Below, in pieces: positions 48,363 through 57,056 of a DNA stretch of 64,000 nucleotides. Below the pieces are notes generated by a model. It was given only the letters and a program-made list of their open reading frames with translations, was not told the origin of the DNA and did no database searches. This DNA comes from Escherichia coli (GTDB lineage Bacteria > Pseudomonadota > Gammaproteobacteria > Enterobacterales > Enterobacteriaceae), in the NCBI RefSeq assembly GCF_030013595.1, contig NZ_CP122768.1. One strand, written 5' to 3'. Position 1 is the stretch's first letter; every line of letters begins with the position of its first letter. The position numbers and the translations under genes were made by a program.

Positions 48363-48467
48363 TATGACGTTTTGTGATCGAATATGCATGTTTTAGTAAA
48401 TCCATGACGATTTTGCGAAAAAGAGGTTTATCACTATGCGTAAGTCAGATGAATTTAAGGGAAAAAA

Positions 48468-49382
48468 ATGTCAGCCAAAGTATGGGTTTTAGGGGATGCG
48501 GTCGTAGATCTCTTGCCAGAATCAGACGGGCGGCTACTGCCTTGTCCTGGCGGCGCGCCAGCTAACGTTGCGGTGGGAATCGCCAGATTAGGCGGAACAA
48601 GTGGGTTTATAGGTCGGGTCGGTGATGATCCTTTTGGTGCGTTAATGCAAAGAACGCTGCTAACTGAGGGTGTCGATATCACGTATCTGAAGCAAGATGA
48701 ATGGCACCGGACATCCACGGTGCTTGTCGATCTGAATGATCAAGGAGAACGTTCATTTACGTTTATGGTCCGCCCCAGTGCCGATCTTTTTTTAGAGACG
48801 ACAGACTTGCCCTGCTGGCGACATGGCGAATGGTTACATCTCTGTTCAATTGCGTTGTCTGCCGAGCCTTCGCGTACCAGCGCATTTACTGCGATGACGG
48901 CGATCCGGCATGCCGGAGGTTTTGTCAGCTTCGATCCCAATATTCGTGAAGATCTATGGCAAGACGAGCATTTGCTCCGCTTGTGTTTGCGGCAGGCGCT
49001 ACAACTGGCGGATGTCGTCAAGCTCTCGGAAGAAGAATGGCGACTTATCAGTGGAAAAACACAGAACGATCGGGATATATGCGCGCTGGCAAAAGAGTAT
49101 GAGATCGCCATGCTGTTGGTGACTAAAGGTGCAGAAGGGGTGGTGGTCTGTTATCGAGGACAAGTTCACCATTTTGCTGGAATGTCTGTGAATTGTGTCG
49201 ATAGTACTGGGGCGGGAGATGCGTTCGTTGCCGGGTTACTCACAGGTCTGTCCTCTACGGGGTTATCTACAGATGAGAGAGAAATGCGACGAATTATTGA
49301 TCTTGCTCAACGTTGCGGAGCGCTTGCAGTAACGGCGAAAGGGGCGATGACAGCGCTGCCATGTCGACAAGAACTGGAATAG
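48468..49382 (+). CDS. cscK: fructokinase (PfkB/ribokinase family)
   Basis: 304-aa ORF with GAGDAF motif. Confidence 0.9.
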   Translation: MSAKVWVLGDAVVDLLPESDGRLLPCPGGAPANVAVGIARLGGTSGFIGRVGDDPFGALMQRTLLTEGVDITYLKQDEWHRTSTVLVDLNDQGERSFTFMVRPSADLFLETTDLPCWRHGEWLHLCSIALSAEPSRTSAFTAMTAIRHAGGFVSFDPNIREDLWQDEHLLRLCLRQALQLADVVKLSEEEWRLISGKTQNDRDICALAKEYEIAMLLVTKGAEGVVVCYRGQVHHFAGMSVNCVDSTGAGDAFVAGLLTGLSSTGLSTDEREMRRIIDLAQRCGALAVTAKGAMTALPCRQELE

Positions 49383-49453
49383 TGAGAATTAAACGGCGAA
49401 GTCGCTCTTATCTCTAAATAGGACGTGAATTTTTTAACGACAGGCAGGTAATT

Positions 49454-50701
49454 ATGGCACTGAATATTCCATTCAGAAATGCGTACTATCGTTTGGCATC
49501 CAGTTACTCATTTCTCTTTTTTATTTCCTGGTCGCTGTGGTGGTCGTTATACGCTATTTGGCTGAAAGGACATCTAGGATTAACAGGGACGGAATTAGGT
49601 ACACTTTATTCGGTCAACCAGTTTACCAGCATTCTATTTATGATGTTCTACGGCATCGTTCAGGATAAACTCGGTCTGAAGAAACCGCTCATCTGGTGTA
49701 TGAGTTTCATTCTGGTCTTGACCGGACCGTTTATGATTTACGTTTATGAACCGTTACTGCAAAGCAATTTTTCTGTAGGTCTAATTCTGGGGGCGCTCTT
49801 TTTTGGCCTGGGGTATCTGGCGGGATGCGGTTTGCTTGACAGCTTCACCGAAAAAATGGCGCGAAATTTTCATTTCGAATATGGAACAGCGCGCGCCTGG
49901 GGATCTTTTGGCTATGCTATTGGCGCGTTCTTTGCCGGTATATTTTTTAGTATCAGTCCCCATATCAACTTCTGGTTGGTCTCGCTATTTGGCGCTGTAT
50001 TTATGATGATCAACATGCGTTTTAAAGATAAGGATCACCAGTGCATAGCGGCGGATGCGGGAGGGGTAAAAAAAGAGGATTTTATCGCAGTTTTCAAGGA
50101 TCGAAACTTCTGGGTTTTCGTCATATTTATTGTGGGGACGTGGTCTTTCTATAACATTTTTGATCAACAACTCTTTCCTGTCTTTTATGCAGGTTTATTC
50201 GAATCACACGATGTAGGAACGCGCCTGTATGGTTATCTCAACTCATTCCAGGTGGTACTCGAAGCGCTGTGCATGGCGATTATTCCTTTCTTTGTGAATC
50301 GGGTAGGGCCAAAAAATGCATTACTTATCGGTGTTGTGATTATGGCGTTGCGTATCCTTTCCTGCGCGTTGTTCGTTAACCCCTGGATTATTTCATTAGT
50401 GAAGCTGTTACATGCCATTGAGGTTCCACTTTGTGTCATATCCGTCTTCAAATACAGCGTGGCAAACTTTGATAAGCGCCTGTCGTCGACGATCTTTCTG
50501 ATTGGTTTTCAAATTGCCAGTTCGCTTGGGATTGTGCTGCTTTCAACGCCGACTGGGATACTCTTTGACCACGCAGGCTACCAGACAGTTTTCTTCGCAA
50601 TTTCGGGTATTGTCTGCCTGATGTTGCTATTTGGCATTTTCTTCCTGAGTAAAAAACGCGAGCAAATAGTTATGGAAACGCCTGTACCTTCAGCAATATA
50701 G
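49454..50701 (+). CDS. cscB: sucrose:H+ symporter (MFS, LacY-like)
   Basis: 415-aa 12-TM ORF. Confidence 0.9.
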   Translation: MALNIPFRNAYYRLASSYSFLFFISWSLWWSLYAIWLKGHLGLTGTELGTLYSVNQFTSILFMMFYGIVQDKLGLKKPLIWCMSFILVLTGPFMIYVYEPLLQSNFSVGLILGALFFGLGYLAGCGLLDSFTEKMARNFHFEYGTARAWGSFGYAIGAFFAGIFFSISPHINFWLVSLFGAVFMMINMRFKDKDHQCIAADAGGVKKEDFIAVFKDRNFWVFVIFIVGTWSFYNIFDQQLFPVFYAGLFESHDVGTRLYGYLNSFQVVLEALCMAIIPFFVNRVGPKNALLIGVVIMALRILSCALFVNPWIISLVKLLHAIEVPLCVISVFKYSVANFDKRLSSTIFLIGFQIASSLGIVLLSTPTGILFDHAGYQTVFFAISGIVCLMLLFGIFFLSKKREQIVMETPVPSAI

Positions 50702-51143
50702 ACGTAAACTTTTTCCGGTTGTTGTCGATATCTCCATATCCCTCAACCGGAAAATAATAATACAAAAATGCTTAGCCCAACTAATAATCACCTAATCCAA
50801 ACGCCTCATTCATGTTCTGGTACAGTCGCTCAAATGTACTCCGGATACGCGGTTCGCTGATTTCCAGGACATTGTCGTCATTCAGCGACCTGTCCCGAGT
50901 ATCACGGGCCTGCGAATTCATCAAGGAATGCATTGCAGAGTGAAGTATCGAGTCACGCCATATTTCGCTATCAGGATTCTGTATGATGGTTACATCGCCC
51001 GGCCCAGGGCTGTTTAGTCATCAGCGCTTTCTGACAGTGCTGAGATTTCAACCTGTTGCAGTAAAAATGAGTAGATATAGGGCAAGTGTGCTGCCAAACC
51101 CATCTTTTACGGGGTGAAGGTAGATTTGGTTTGAAGGGTATCT

Positions 51144-51158
51144 GGTGTCCCCTGCAGA
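51144..51158. other. putative prophage att core (attR): 15-nt identity to the 3' end of tRNA-Arg argW
   Basis: Minus strand reads CTGCAGGGGACACCA, matching the argW 3' terminus as recalled, without the rest of the tRNA; lies about 70 bp from the torI-like gene. Confidence 0.45.
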
Positions 51159-51230
51159 CATCTACTTGAGGCGGCAGGGGATTGATTGGAATGGTGTTTT
51201 TTAGATGTGAAAAATATTTTACCCGCTATT

Positions 51231-51431
51231 TTACCCATTGGCGCGGCTTAAGAGCTTATTTTTGAATTCACAATGGTCACGATATAACCATCTTGCTCGC
51301 CCGTGGATAACTTTGGCTTTTGGCAGGTCGCCGGACTTAATCCGGTCATAGATGAAGGTTTTACCGAATCCAGTATCGGCCATGATGAATTTCAAATCAA
51401 CCAGTGAATCAGGCTGTAGTTCGTGTTGCAT
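51231..51431 (-). CDS. torI: AlpA/Xis-family excisionase (recombination directionality factor), TorI-like
   Basis: 66-aa ORF at the prophage edge next to the att core; size and position match KplE1 TorI; identity from recall. Confidence 0.6.
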   Translation of the reverse strand: MQHELQPDSLVDLKFIMADTGFGKTFIYDRIKSGDLPKAKVIHGRARWLYRDHCEFKNKLLSRANG

Positions 51432-51562
51432 GAGTGCTATCTCCGAATAGGGAATCGAACCTGCAAATCAGGCAATAAAAAACCGCCATCAGGCGGCTTG
51501 GTGTTCTTTCAGTTCTTCAATTCGAATATTGGTTACATTGTTTTAATATATGAATAAATAAA

Positions 51563-51775
51563 TTAGCTTTTTTCGTTGCCTTCGCGTTCTTTATTAATTT
51601 TAACAAACTCGTTTTTACCACGCTCTCCAAATGCGTCTTTAGAGTCGTTGTATCCGCAATCGCAGCACACATAATCACCAGACCATCCACGCATTGTTTT
51701 TTCTTTTGCAATATTTCCAGAACCGCATTTTGGACAAGACATATCACTACCTCCAAAGCATGAGTGAGATGACAA
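51563..51775 (-). CDS. small Cys-rich zinc-finger protein (lambda Ea8.5 position)
   Basis: 70-aa ORF with CPKCGSG...CCDCGYN zinc-ribbon-like motifs. Confidence 0.4.
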   Translation of the reverse strand: MSSHSCFGGSDMSCPKCGSGNIAKEKTMRGWSGDYVCCDCGYNDSKDAFGERGKNEFVKINKEREGNEKS

Positions 51776-51838
51776 CGTAACATTGATTGGAGATTAACAA
51801 TAGATTGCTGATGTAAAAGATATGTATAAGCTTCGCTT

Positions 51839-52393
51839 TCAAAGTGGAGGCTCTGGTAGCGGCATCCAGTGTGACGGCTCACATACCACCTCAACACCGT
51901 TCATGTAAAAGAATTGAAATAACCCTTTACCTTTGTGAAACCCTACCATCTGCTCTTTTGTGTCTGAACAATAAACCAAAACATCTTCTTCGTTTGGCAT
52001 CCACTCACTACAGCTTATCCAACCATCTGGAATTACCGGAGAGTTGCCCGACATCTCATTCAACTTGTAAGTCTGGCTTACAGGTTTGGCTTCCAGTTCT
52101 GCAATGCGCTTACCTCCATCCGCGATTACTCCCTCGTAATATTCACGCTGCTCGTTGAGTTTTGATTTTGCTTCCTCAAGCTCAACTCTCAGCTTCCCTA
52201 CCGTTAGCGCAATATCCTCGTTCTCCTGGTCACGGCGTTTGATGTATTGCTGGTTTCTTTCCCGTTCATCCAGCAGTTCCAGCACAATCGATGGTGTTAC
52301 CAATTCATGGAAAAGGTCTGCGTCAAATCCCCAGTCGTCATGCATTGCCTGCTCTGCCGCTTCACGCAGTGCCTGAGAGTTAATTTCGCTCAC
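51839..52393 (-). CDS. Ead/Ea22-like early protein (DUF551-type)
   Basis: 184-aa ORF at the Ea22 position of the lambda early-left operon. Confidence 0.55.
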   Translation of the reverse strand: MSEINSQALREAAEQAMHDDWGFDADLFHELVTPSIVLELLDERERNQQYIKRRDQENEDIALTVGKLRVELEEAKSKLNEQREYYEGVIADGGKRIAELEAKPVSQTYKLNEMSGNSPVIPDGWISCSEWMPNEEDVLVYCSDTKEQMVGFHKGKGLFQFFYMNGVEVVCEPSHWMPLPEPPL

Positions 52394-52611
52394 TTCGAAC
52401 CTCTCTGTTTACTGATAAGTTCCAGATCCTCCTGGCAACTTGCACAAGTCCGACAACCCTGAACGGCCAAGCGTCTTCGTTCATCTATCGGATCGCCACA
52501 CTCACAACAATGAGTGGCAGATATAGCCTGGTGGTTCAGGCGGCGCATTTTTATTGCTGTGTTGCGCTGTAATTCTTCAATTTCTGATGCTGAATCAATG
52601 ATGTCTGCCAT
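52390..52611 (-). CDS. TraR/DksA-family C4 zinc-finger protein
   Basis: 73-aa ORF with CxxC-17-CxxC motif (CCECGDPIDERRRLAVQGCRTCASC). Confidence 0.55.
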   Translation of the reverse strand: MADIIDSASEIEELQRNTAIKMRRLNHQAISATHCCECGDPIDERRRLAVQGCRTCASCQEDLELISKQRGSK

Positions 52612-52709
52612 CTTTCATTAATCCCTGAATTGTTGGTTAATACGCTTGAGGGTGAATGCGAATAATAAAAAAGGAGCCTGTAGCTCCATGATGATTTTGT
52701 TTTTCATGC

Positions 52710-52991
52710 TCACCGTTCCTTAAAGACGCCGTTTAACATGCCGATCGCCAGGCTTAAATGAGTCGGTGTGAATCCCATCAGCGTTACCGTTTCGCGGTGC
52801 TTCTTCAGTACGCTACGGCAAATGTCATCGACGTTTTTATCCGGAAACTGCTGTCTGGCTTTTTTGATTTCATAATTAGCCTGACGGGCAATACTGCGAA
52901 GGGCGTTTTCTTGCTGAGGTGTCATTGAACAAGTCCCATGTCGGCAAGCATAAGCACACAGAATATGAAGCCCGCTGCCAGAAAAATGCAT
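52710..52991 (-). CDS. hypothetical phage early protein
   Basis: 93-aa ORF, co-oriented in the early-left operon; start uncertain. Confidence 0.35.
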   Translation of the reverse strand: MHFSGSGLHILCAYACRHGTCSMTPQQENALRSIARQANYEIKKARQQFPDKNVDDICRSVLKKHRETVTLMGFTPTHLSLAIGMLNGVFKER

Positions 52992-53001
52992 TCAGTGGTT
53001 G

Positions 53002-53193
53002 TCATACCTGGTCTCTCTCATCTGCTTCTGCTTTCGCCACCATCATTTCCAGCTTTTGTGAAAGGGATGTGGCTAACGTATGAAATTCTTCGTCTGTTTC
53101 TACTGGTATTGGCACAAACCTGACTCCAATTTGAGCGAGGCTATGTGCCATCTCGATACTCGTTCTTAACTCAACGGGAGATGCTTTGTGCAT
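53002..53193 (-). CDS. hypothetical phage early protein (lambda orf63 position)
   Basis: 63-aa ORF. Confidence 0.35.
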   Translation of the reverse strand: MHKASPVELRTSIEMAHSLAQIGVRFVPIPVETDEEFHTLATSLSQKLEMMVAKAEADERDQV

Positions 53194-53354
53194 ACAGCCC
53201 CCCGTTTATTATTTATCTCCTCAGCCAGCCGCTGGGCTTTCAGTGGATTTTGGATAACAGAAAGGCCGGGAAATACCCAGCCTCGCTTTGTAACGGAGTA
53301 GACGAAAGTGATCGCGCCTACCCGGATATTATCGTGAGGATGCGTCATCGCCAT
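53166..53354 (-). CDS. hypothetical phage early protein (lambda orf60a position)
   Basis: 62-aa ORF overlapping exo stop. Confidence 0.3.
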   Translation of the reverse strand: MAMTHPHDNIRVGAITFVYSVTKRGWVFPGLSVIQNPLKAQRLAEEINNKRGAVCTKHLPLS

Positions 53355-54025
53355 TGCTCCCCAAATACAAAACCAATTTCAGCCAGTGCCTCGTCCATTT
53401 TTTCGATGAACTCCGGCACCATCTCGTCAAAACTCGCCATGTACTTTTCATCCCGCTCAACCACGACATAATGCAGTCCTTCACGCTTCATACGCGGGTC
53501 ATAGTTGGCAAAGTACCAGGCATCTTTTCGCGTCACCCACATGCTGTACTGCACCTGGGCCATGTAAGCCGACTTTATGGCCTCGAAACCACCGAGCCGG
53601 AACTTCATGAAATCCCGGGAGGTAAACGGGCATTTCAGCTCAAGGCCATTGCCGTCACTGCATAAACCATCGGGAGAGCAGGCGGTGCGCATACTTTCGT
53701 CGCGATAGATGATCGGGGATTCAGTAACATTCACGCCGGAAGTGAATTCAAACAGGGTTCTGGCGTCGTTCTCGTACTGTTTTCCCCAGGCCAGCGCCTT
53801 AGCATTAACTTCCGGAGCCACACCGGTGCAAACCTCAGCCAGCAGGGTGTGGAAGTAGGACATTTTCATGTCAGGCCACTTCTTTCCTGAGCGGGGCTTT
53901 GCTATCACGTTGTGAACTTCTGAAGCGGTGATGACGCCGAGCCGTAATTTGTGCCACGCATCATCCCCCTGTTCGACAGCTCTCACGTCGATCCCGGTAC
54001 GCTGCAGGATAATGTCCGGTGTCAT
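53345..54025 (-). CDS. exo: lambda-type 5'-3' exonuclease (Red-alpha)
   Basis: 226-aa ORF, YqaJ-type recombinase exonuclease; followed by bet and gam. Confidence 0.9.
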   Translation of the reverse strand: MTPDIILQRTGIDVRAVEQGDDAWHKLRLGVITASEVHNVIAKPRSGKKWPDMKMSYFHTLLAEVCTGVAPEVNAKALAWGKQYENDARTLFEFTSGVNVTESPIIYRDESMRTACSPDGLCSDGNGLELKCPFTSRDFMKFRLGGFEAIKSAYMAQVQYSMWVTRKDAWYFANYDPRMKREGLHYVVVERDEKYMASFDEMVPEFIEKMDEALAEIGFVFGEQWR

Positions 54026-54807
54026 GCAGCCACCTTCTGTTCAGAGGCTTTCTGTTTCAGGAATCCAAGAGCTTTCACTGCTTCGGCCTGTGTCAGTTCT
54101 GACGATGCGCGAATGTCGCGGCGAAATATCTGGGAACAGAGCGGCAATAAGTCGTCATCCCATGTTTTATCCAGGGCGATCAGCAGAGTGTTAATCTCCT
54201 GCATGGTTTCATCGTTAACCGGAGTGATGTCGCGTTCCGGCTGGCGTTCTGCAGTGTGTGCAGTATTTTCGACAATGCGCTCGGCTTCATCCTTGTCATA
54301 GATACCAGCAAATCCGAAGGCCAGACGGGCACACTGAATCATGGCTTTATGCCGTAACATCCGTTTGGGATGCGACTGCCACGCCCCCGTGATTTCTCTG
54401 CCTTCGCGAGTTTTGAATGGTTCGCGGCGGCATTCATCCATCCATTCGGTAACGCAGATCGGATGATTACGGTCCTTGCGGTAAATCCGGCATGTACAGG
54501 ATTCATTGTCCTGCTCAAAGTCCATGCCATCAAACTGCTGGTTTTCATTGATGATGCGGGACCAGCCATCAACGCCCACCACCGGAACGATGCCGTTCTG
54601 CTTATCAGGGAAGGCGTAAATTTCTTTCGTCCACGGATTAAGGCCGTACTGGTTGGCGACGATCAACAATGCGATGAACTGCGCATCGCTGGCATCACCT
54701 TTAAATGCCGTCTGGCGAAGAGTGGTGATCAGTTCCTGTGGGTCGACAGAATCCATGCCGACACGTTCAGCCAGCTTCCCTGCCAGCGTTGCGAGTGCTG
54801 TACTCAT
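54022..54807 (-). CDS. bet: single-strand annealing protein Bet (Red-beta)
   Basis: 261-aa ORF; overlaps exo start as in lambda. Confidence 0.9.
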   Translation of the reverse strand: MSTALATLAGKLAERVGMDSVDPQELITTLRQTAFKGDASDAQFIALLIVANQYGLNPWTKEIYAFPDKQNGIVPVVGVDGWSRIINENQQFDGMDFEQDNESCTCRIYRKDRNHPICVTEWMDECRREPFKTREGREITGAWQSHPKRMLRHKAMIQCARLAFGFAGIYDKDEAERIVENTAHTAERQPERDITPVNDETMQEINTLLIALDKTWDDDLLPLCSQIFRRDIRASSELTQAEAVKALGFLKQKASEQKVAA

Positions 54808-54812
54808 CCGTT

Positions 54813-55109
54813 TTATACCTCTGAATCAATATCAACCTGGTGGTGAGCAATGGTTTCAACCATGTACCGGATGTGTTCTGCCATGCGCTCCTGAAACTCA
54901 ACATCGTCATCAAACGCACGGGTAATGGCTTTTTTGCTGGCCCCGTGGCGTTGCAAATGATCGATGCATAGCGATTCAAACAGGTGCTGGGGCAGGCCTT
55001 TTTCCATGTCGTCTGCCAGTTCTGCCTCTTTCTCTTCACGAGCGATCTGCTGGTAGTGACGCGCCCAGCTCTGAGCCTCAAGACGATCCTGAATGTAATA
55101 AGCGTTCAT
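54813..55109 (-). CDS. gam: host-nuclease (RecBCD) inhibitor Gam (short form)
   Basis: 98-aa [24 protein letters not shown]... matching lambda GamS as recalled. Confidence 0.9.
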   Translation of the reverse strand: MNAYYIQDRLEAQSWARHYQQIAREEKEAELADDMEKGLPQHLFESLCIDHLQRHGASKKAITRAFDDDVEFQERMAEHIRYMVETIAHHQVDIDSEV

Positions 55110-55184
55110 GGCTGAACTCCTGAAAATGGCTGTGAAAATAGCGCCCGCGAAATGCCAGGCTGATTAGGAAAACAGGAAAGGGGG

Positions 55185-55328
55185 TTAGTGAATGCTTTTG
55201 CTTGATCTCAGTTTCAGCATTAATATCCATTTTTTATAAGCGTCGACGGCTTCACGAAACATCTTTTCATCGCCAATAAAAGTGGCGATAGTGAATTTAG
55301 TCTGGATAGCCATAAGTGTTTGATCCAT
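55185..55328 (-). CDS. kil: host-killing protein Kil
   Basis: 47-aa [12 protein letters not shown]... within ORF 55185-55454; overlaps cIII by 32 nt as in lambda. Confidence 0.8.
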   Translation of the reverse strand: MDQTLMAIQTKFTIATFIGDEKMFREAVDAYKKWILMLKLRSSKSIH

Positions 55329-55461
55329 TTTTTGGGACTCCTGGCTGATTAAGTATGTCGATAAGGCGTTTCCATCCGTCACGTAATTTACGGGTGATTC
55401 GTTCAAGTAAAGATTCGGAAGGGCAGCCAGCAACAGGCCACCCTGCAATGGCATATTGCAT
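55297..55461 (-). CDS. cIII: cIII (FtsH protease inhibitor)
   Basis: Manual translation gives [54 protein letters not shown] (54 aa); below ORF-track cutoff. Confidence 0.85.
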   Translation of the reverse strand: MQYAIAGWPVAGCPSESLLERITRKLRDGWKRLIDILNQPGVPKNGSNTYGYPD

Positions 55462-55533
55462 GGTGTGCTCCTTATTTATACATAACGAAAAACGCCTCGA
55501 GTGAAGCGTTATTGGTATGCGGTAAAGCCGCGC

Positions 55534-55845
55534 TTAGGCGGCTGATGTTTCTTCTTTCAGGCTTTCGAGATATTTACGTGGGTCGTCGTAACATTGGCAT
55601 TCGCTGTACCAATCCACCCAGCGATCAGTAAGCCCCACCTCTGATAAATCTTCATCGGTAAGGCTCTCATCCCACATCTCAAGGCCGTTAGCATTGCAGT
55701 AATCAGGCTTGATGTTGTTGTCATACTGAAAGGCGTCATAATCAGCCAGTGCGTCCATCAGGCGAACACCCTCTTCAACACTTGCCACTTCTACAATGAA
55801 CGGCTTCATAGGTACTTGCGGGATATGCCAGACACGTAATTTCAT
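55534..55845 (-). CDS. hypothetical acidic protein (lambda ea10 position)
   Basis: 103-aa ORF, strongly acidic, Trp/Cys-containing. Confidence 0.5.
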   Translation of the reverse strand: MKLRVWHIPQVPMKPFIVEVASVEEGVRLMDALADYDAFQYDNNIKPDYCNANGLEMWDESLTDEDLSEVGLTDRWVDWYSECQCYDDPRKYLESLKEETSAA

Positions 55846-55989
55846 ATTTCCTCCGTCAAAAAAATGCCCTCACACTGGAGGGCAAAGAAGATTTCCAATA
55901 ATCAGAACAAGTCGGCTCCTGTTTAGTTACGAGCGACATTGCTCCGTGTATTCACTCGTTGGAATGAATACACAGTGCTTATTCGCAGC

Positions 55990-56316
55990 CTACATAATCA
56001 TTCCGGTTATTATTACCATTTCAATATCGCTATCTTTCATAATGATTGGAGTTGAGTTATCAACTTTACTTTTACTCCATTTTCCTGCATCAGTTTTTAC
56101 CGCTCCACAATAAGAAAGCCAATCATCATCACAATGTTCTGGATCACTAATTCTGACAAGAACACGTGATAGTGCTTTTTCGATACTTTCATCACAATTA
56201 GCATTTGTGTAATTGCCGTGAGACAATTTCAAATCGTTAACTTCATCTTCATTGGCATCAAAAATATAGATTTCAGTCGACTCTGGAACATTTTCATAAA
56301 CCATTAAAACTTTCAT
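55990..56316 (-). CDS. hypothetical protein, AT-rich moron-like gene
   Basis: ORF 55990-56397; likely start ATG 56316 (MKVLMVYENVPE...) after GGGG RBS; low GC relative to flanks. Confidence 0.45.
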   Translation of the reverse strand: MKVLMVYENVPESTEIYIFDANEDEVNDLKLSHGNYTNANCDESIEKALSRVLVRISDPEHCDDDWLSYCGAVKTDAGKWSKSKVDNSTPIIMKDSDIEMVIITGMIM

Positions 56317-56356
56317 TTTTACCCCATATTGTTTATGCCAAAAATAAAGGCCACCA

Positions 56357-56557
56357 TTAGGCAGCCTTGTTGTTCTGTTTACCAAGTTCTCTGGCAATCA
56401 TTGCCGTCGTTCGTATTGCCCATTTATCGACATATTTCCCATCTTCCATTACAGGAAACATTTCTTCAGGCTTAACCATGCATTCCGATTGCAGCTTGCA
56501 TCCATTGCATCGTTTGAATTGTCCACACCATTGATTTGTATCAATAGTCGTAGTCAT
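56357..56557 (-). CDS. ral: Ral-like small Cys-rich protein (restriction alleviation), tentative
   Basis: 66-aa ORF with CGQFKRCNGC motif at the ral position and size; identity from recall. Confidence 0.5.
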   Translation of the reverse strand: MTTTIDTNQWCGQFKRCNGCKLQSECMVKPEEMFPVMEDGKYVDKWAIRTTAMIARELGKQNNKAA

Positions 56558-56627
56558 ACGGATAGTCCTGGTATTGTTCCATCACATCCTGAGGATGCTC
56601 TTCGAACTCTTCAAATTCTTCTTCCAT
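56541..56627 (-). CDS. possible 28-aa acidic leader peptide (MEEEFEEFEEHPQDVMEQYQDYPYDYDY)
   Basis: Short ORF with strong GAGGTGA RBS 6 nt upstream of ATG; its stop overlaps the ral-like start. Confidence 0.25.
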   Translation of the reverse strand: MEEEFEEFEEHPQDVMEQYQDYPYDYDY

Positions 56628-56685
56628 ATCTCACCTCAAATAAGTGGTTTGCTGCCTAATTTCATTTTCTGGCGACCAACACAAG

Positions 56686-56958
56686 TCATCTTGCTGTCAG
56701 CTGTTTGGATTTCCTGTAGCCTGCCGCGTAAATGGCTACATTTGGAAGACAAGTTGAGCCTTCATATTTTCTGGTCAACGTTGTCAGTGTTATTACTTCT
56801 GCTCTCATTACTGGTTTGCGTTTGCATTGTAAGACCACTCGTGAAGGGGTTGGCCTGTGTAGCTTGTCAGAGCTGATCGCCTCCTGACTTTGCAGGTTTG
56901 CACGACGAGCTCTACGGCGAGAAGCTGCGGTGCCTTTAAATTCTGTTTTTCTGGACAT
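56686..56958 (-). CDS. N-like transcription antiterminator (P22 gene 24 type)
   Basis: ORF 56686-57030; start refined to ATG 56958 after GGGAGGA RBS; arginine-rich motif AASRRRARRANLQ; C-terminus ...IYAAGYRKSKQLTAR. Confidence 0.75.
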   Translation of the reverse strand: MSRKTEFKGTAASRRRARRANLQSQEAISSDKLHRPTPSRVVLQCKRKPVMRAEVITLTTLTRKYEGSTCLPNVAIYAAGYRKSKQLTAR

Positions 56959-57056
56959 AGATTCCTCCCGAATAAACTTTGGCGATGCAATCTCGAAGCT
57001 CCTCCTGAGACGGTTGCTTCGGCATTGCATCCCACAGCTTATATGGTTGGGTGATC

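Noticed and set aside
51231-51431. Excisionase-like gene with no adjacent integrase, suggesting a degraded prophage that lost int
   Set aside because: In KplE1/argW-type prophages the RDF (torI) and integrase (intS) sit at opposite ends; the integrase is expected beyond the window end, so its absence here is not evidence of decay
55185-55454. 89-aa ORF in the six-frame track
   Set aside because: It is an upstream extension of the kil reading frame; the real genes are kil (55185-55328) and the overlapping out-of-frame cIII (55297-55461), the same 32-nt overlap as in lambda
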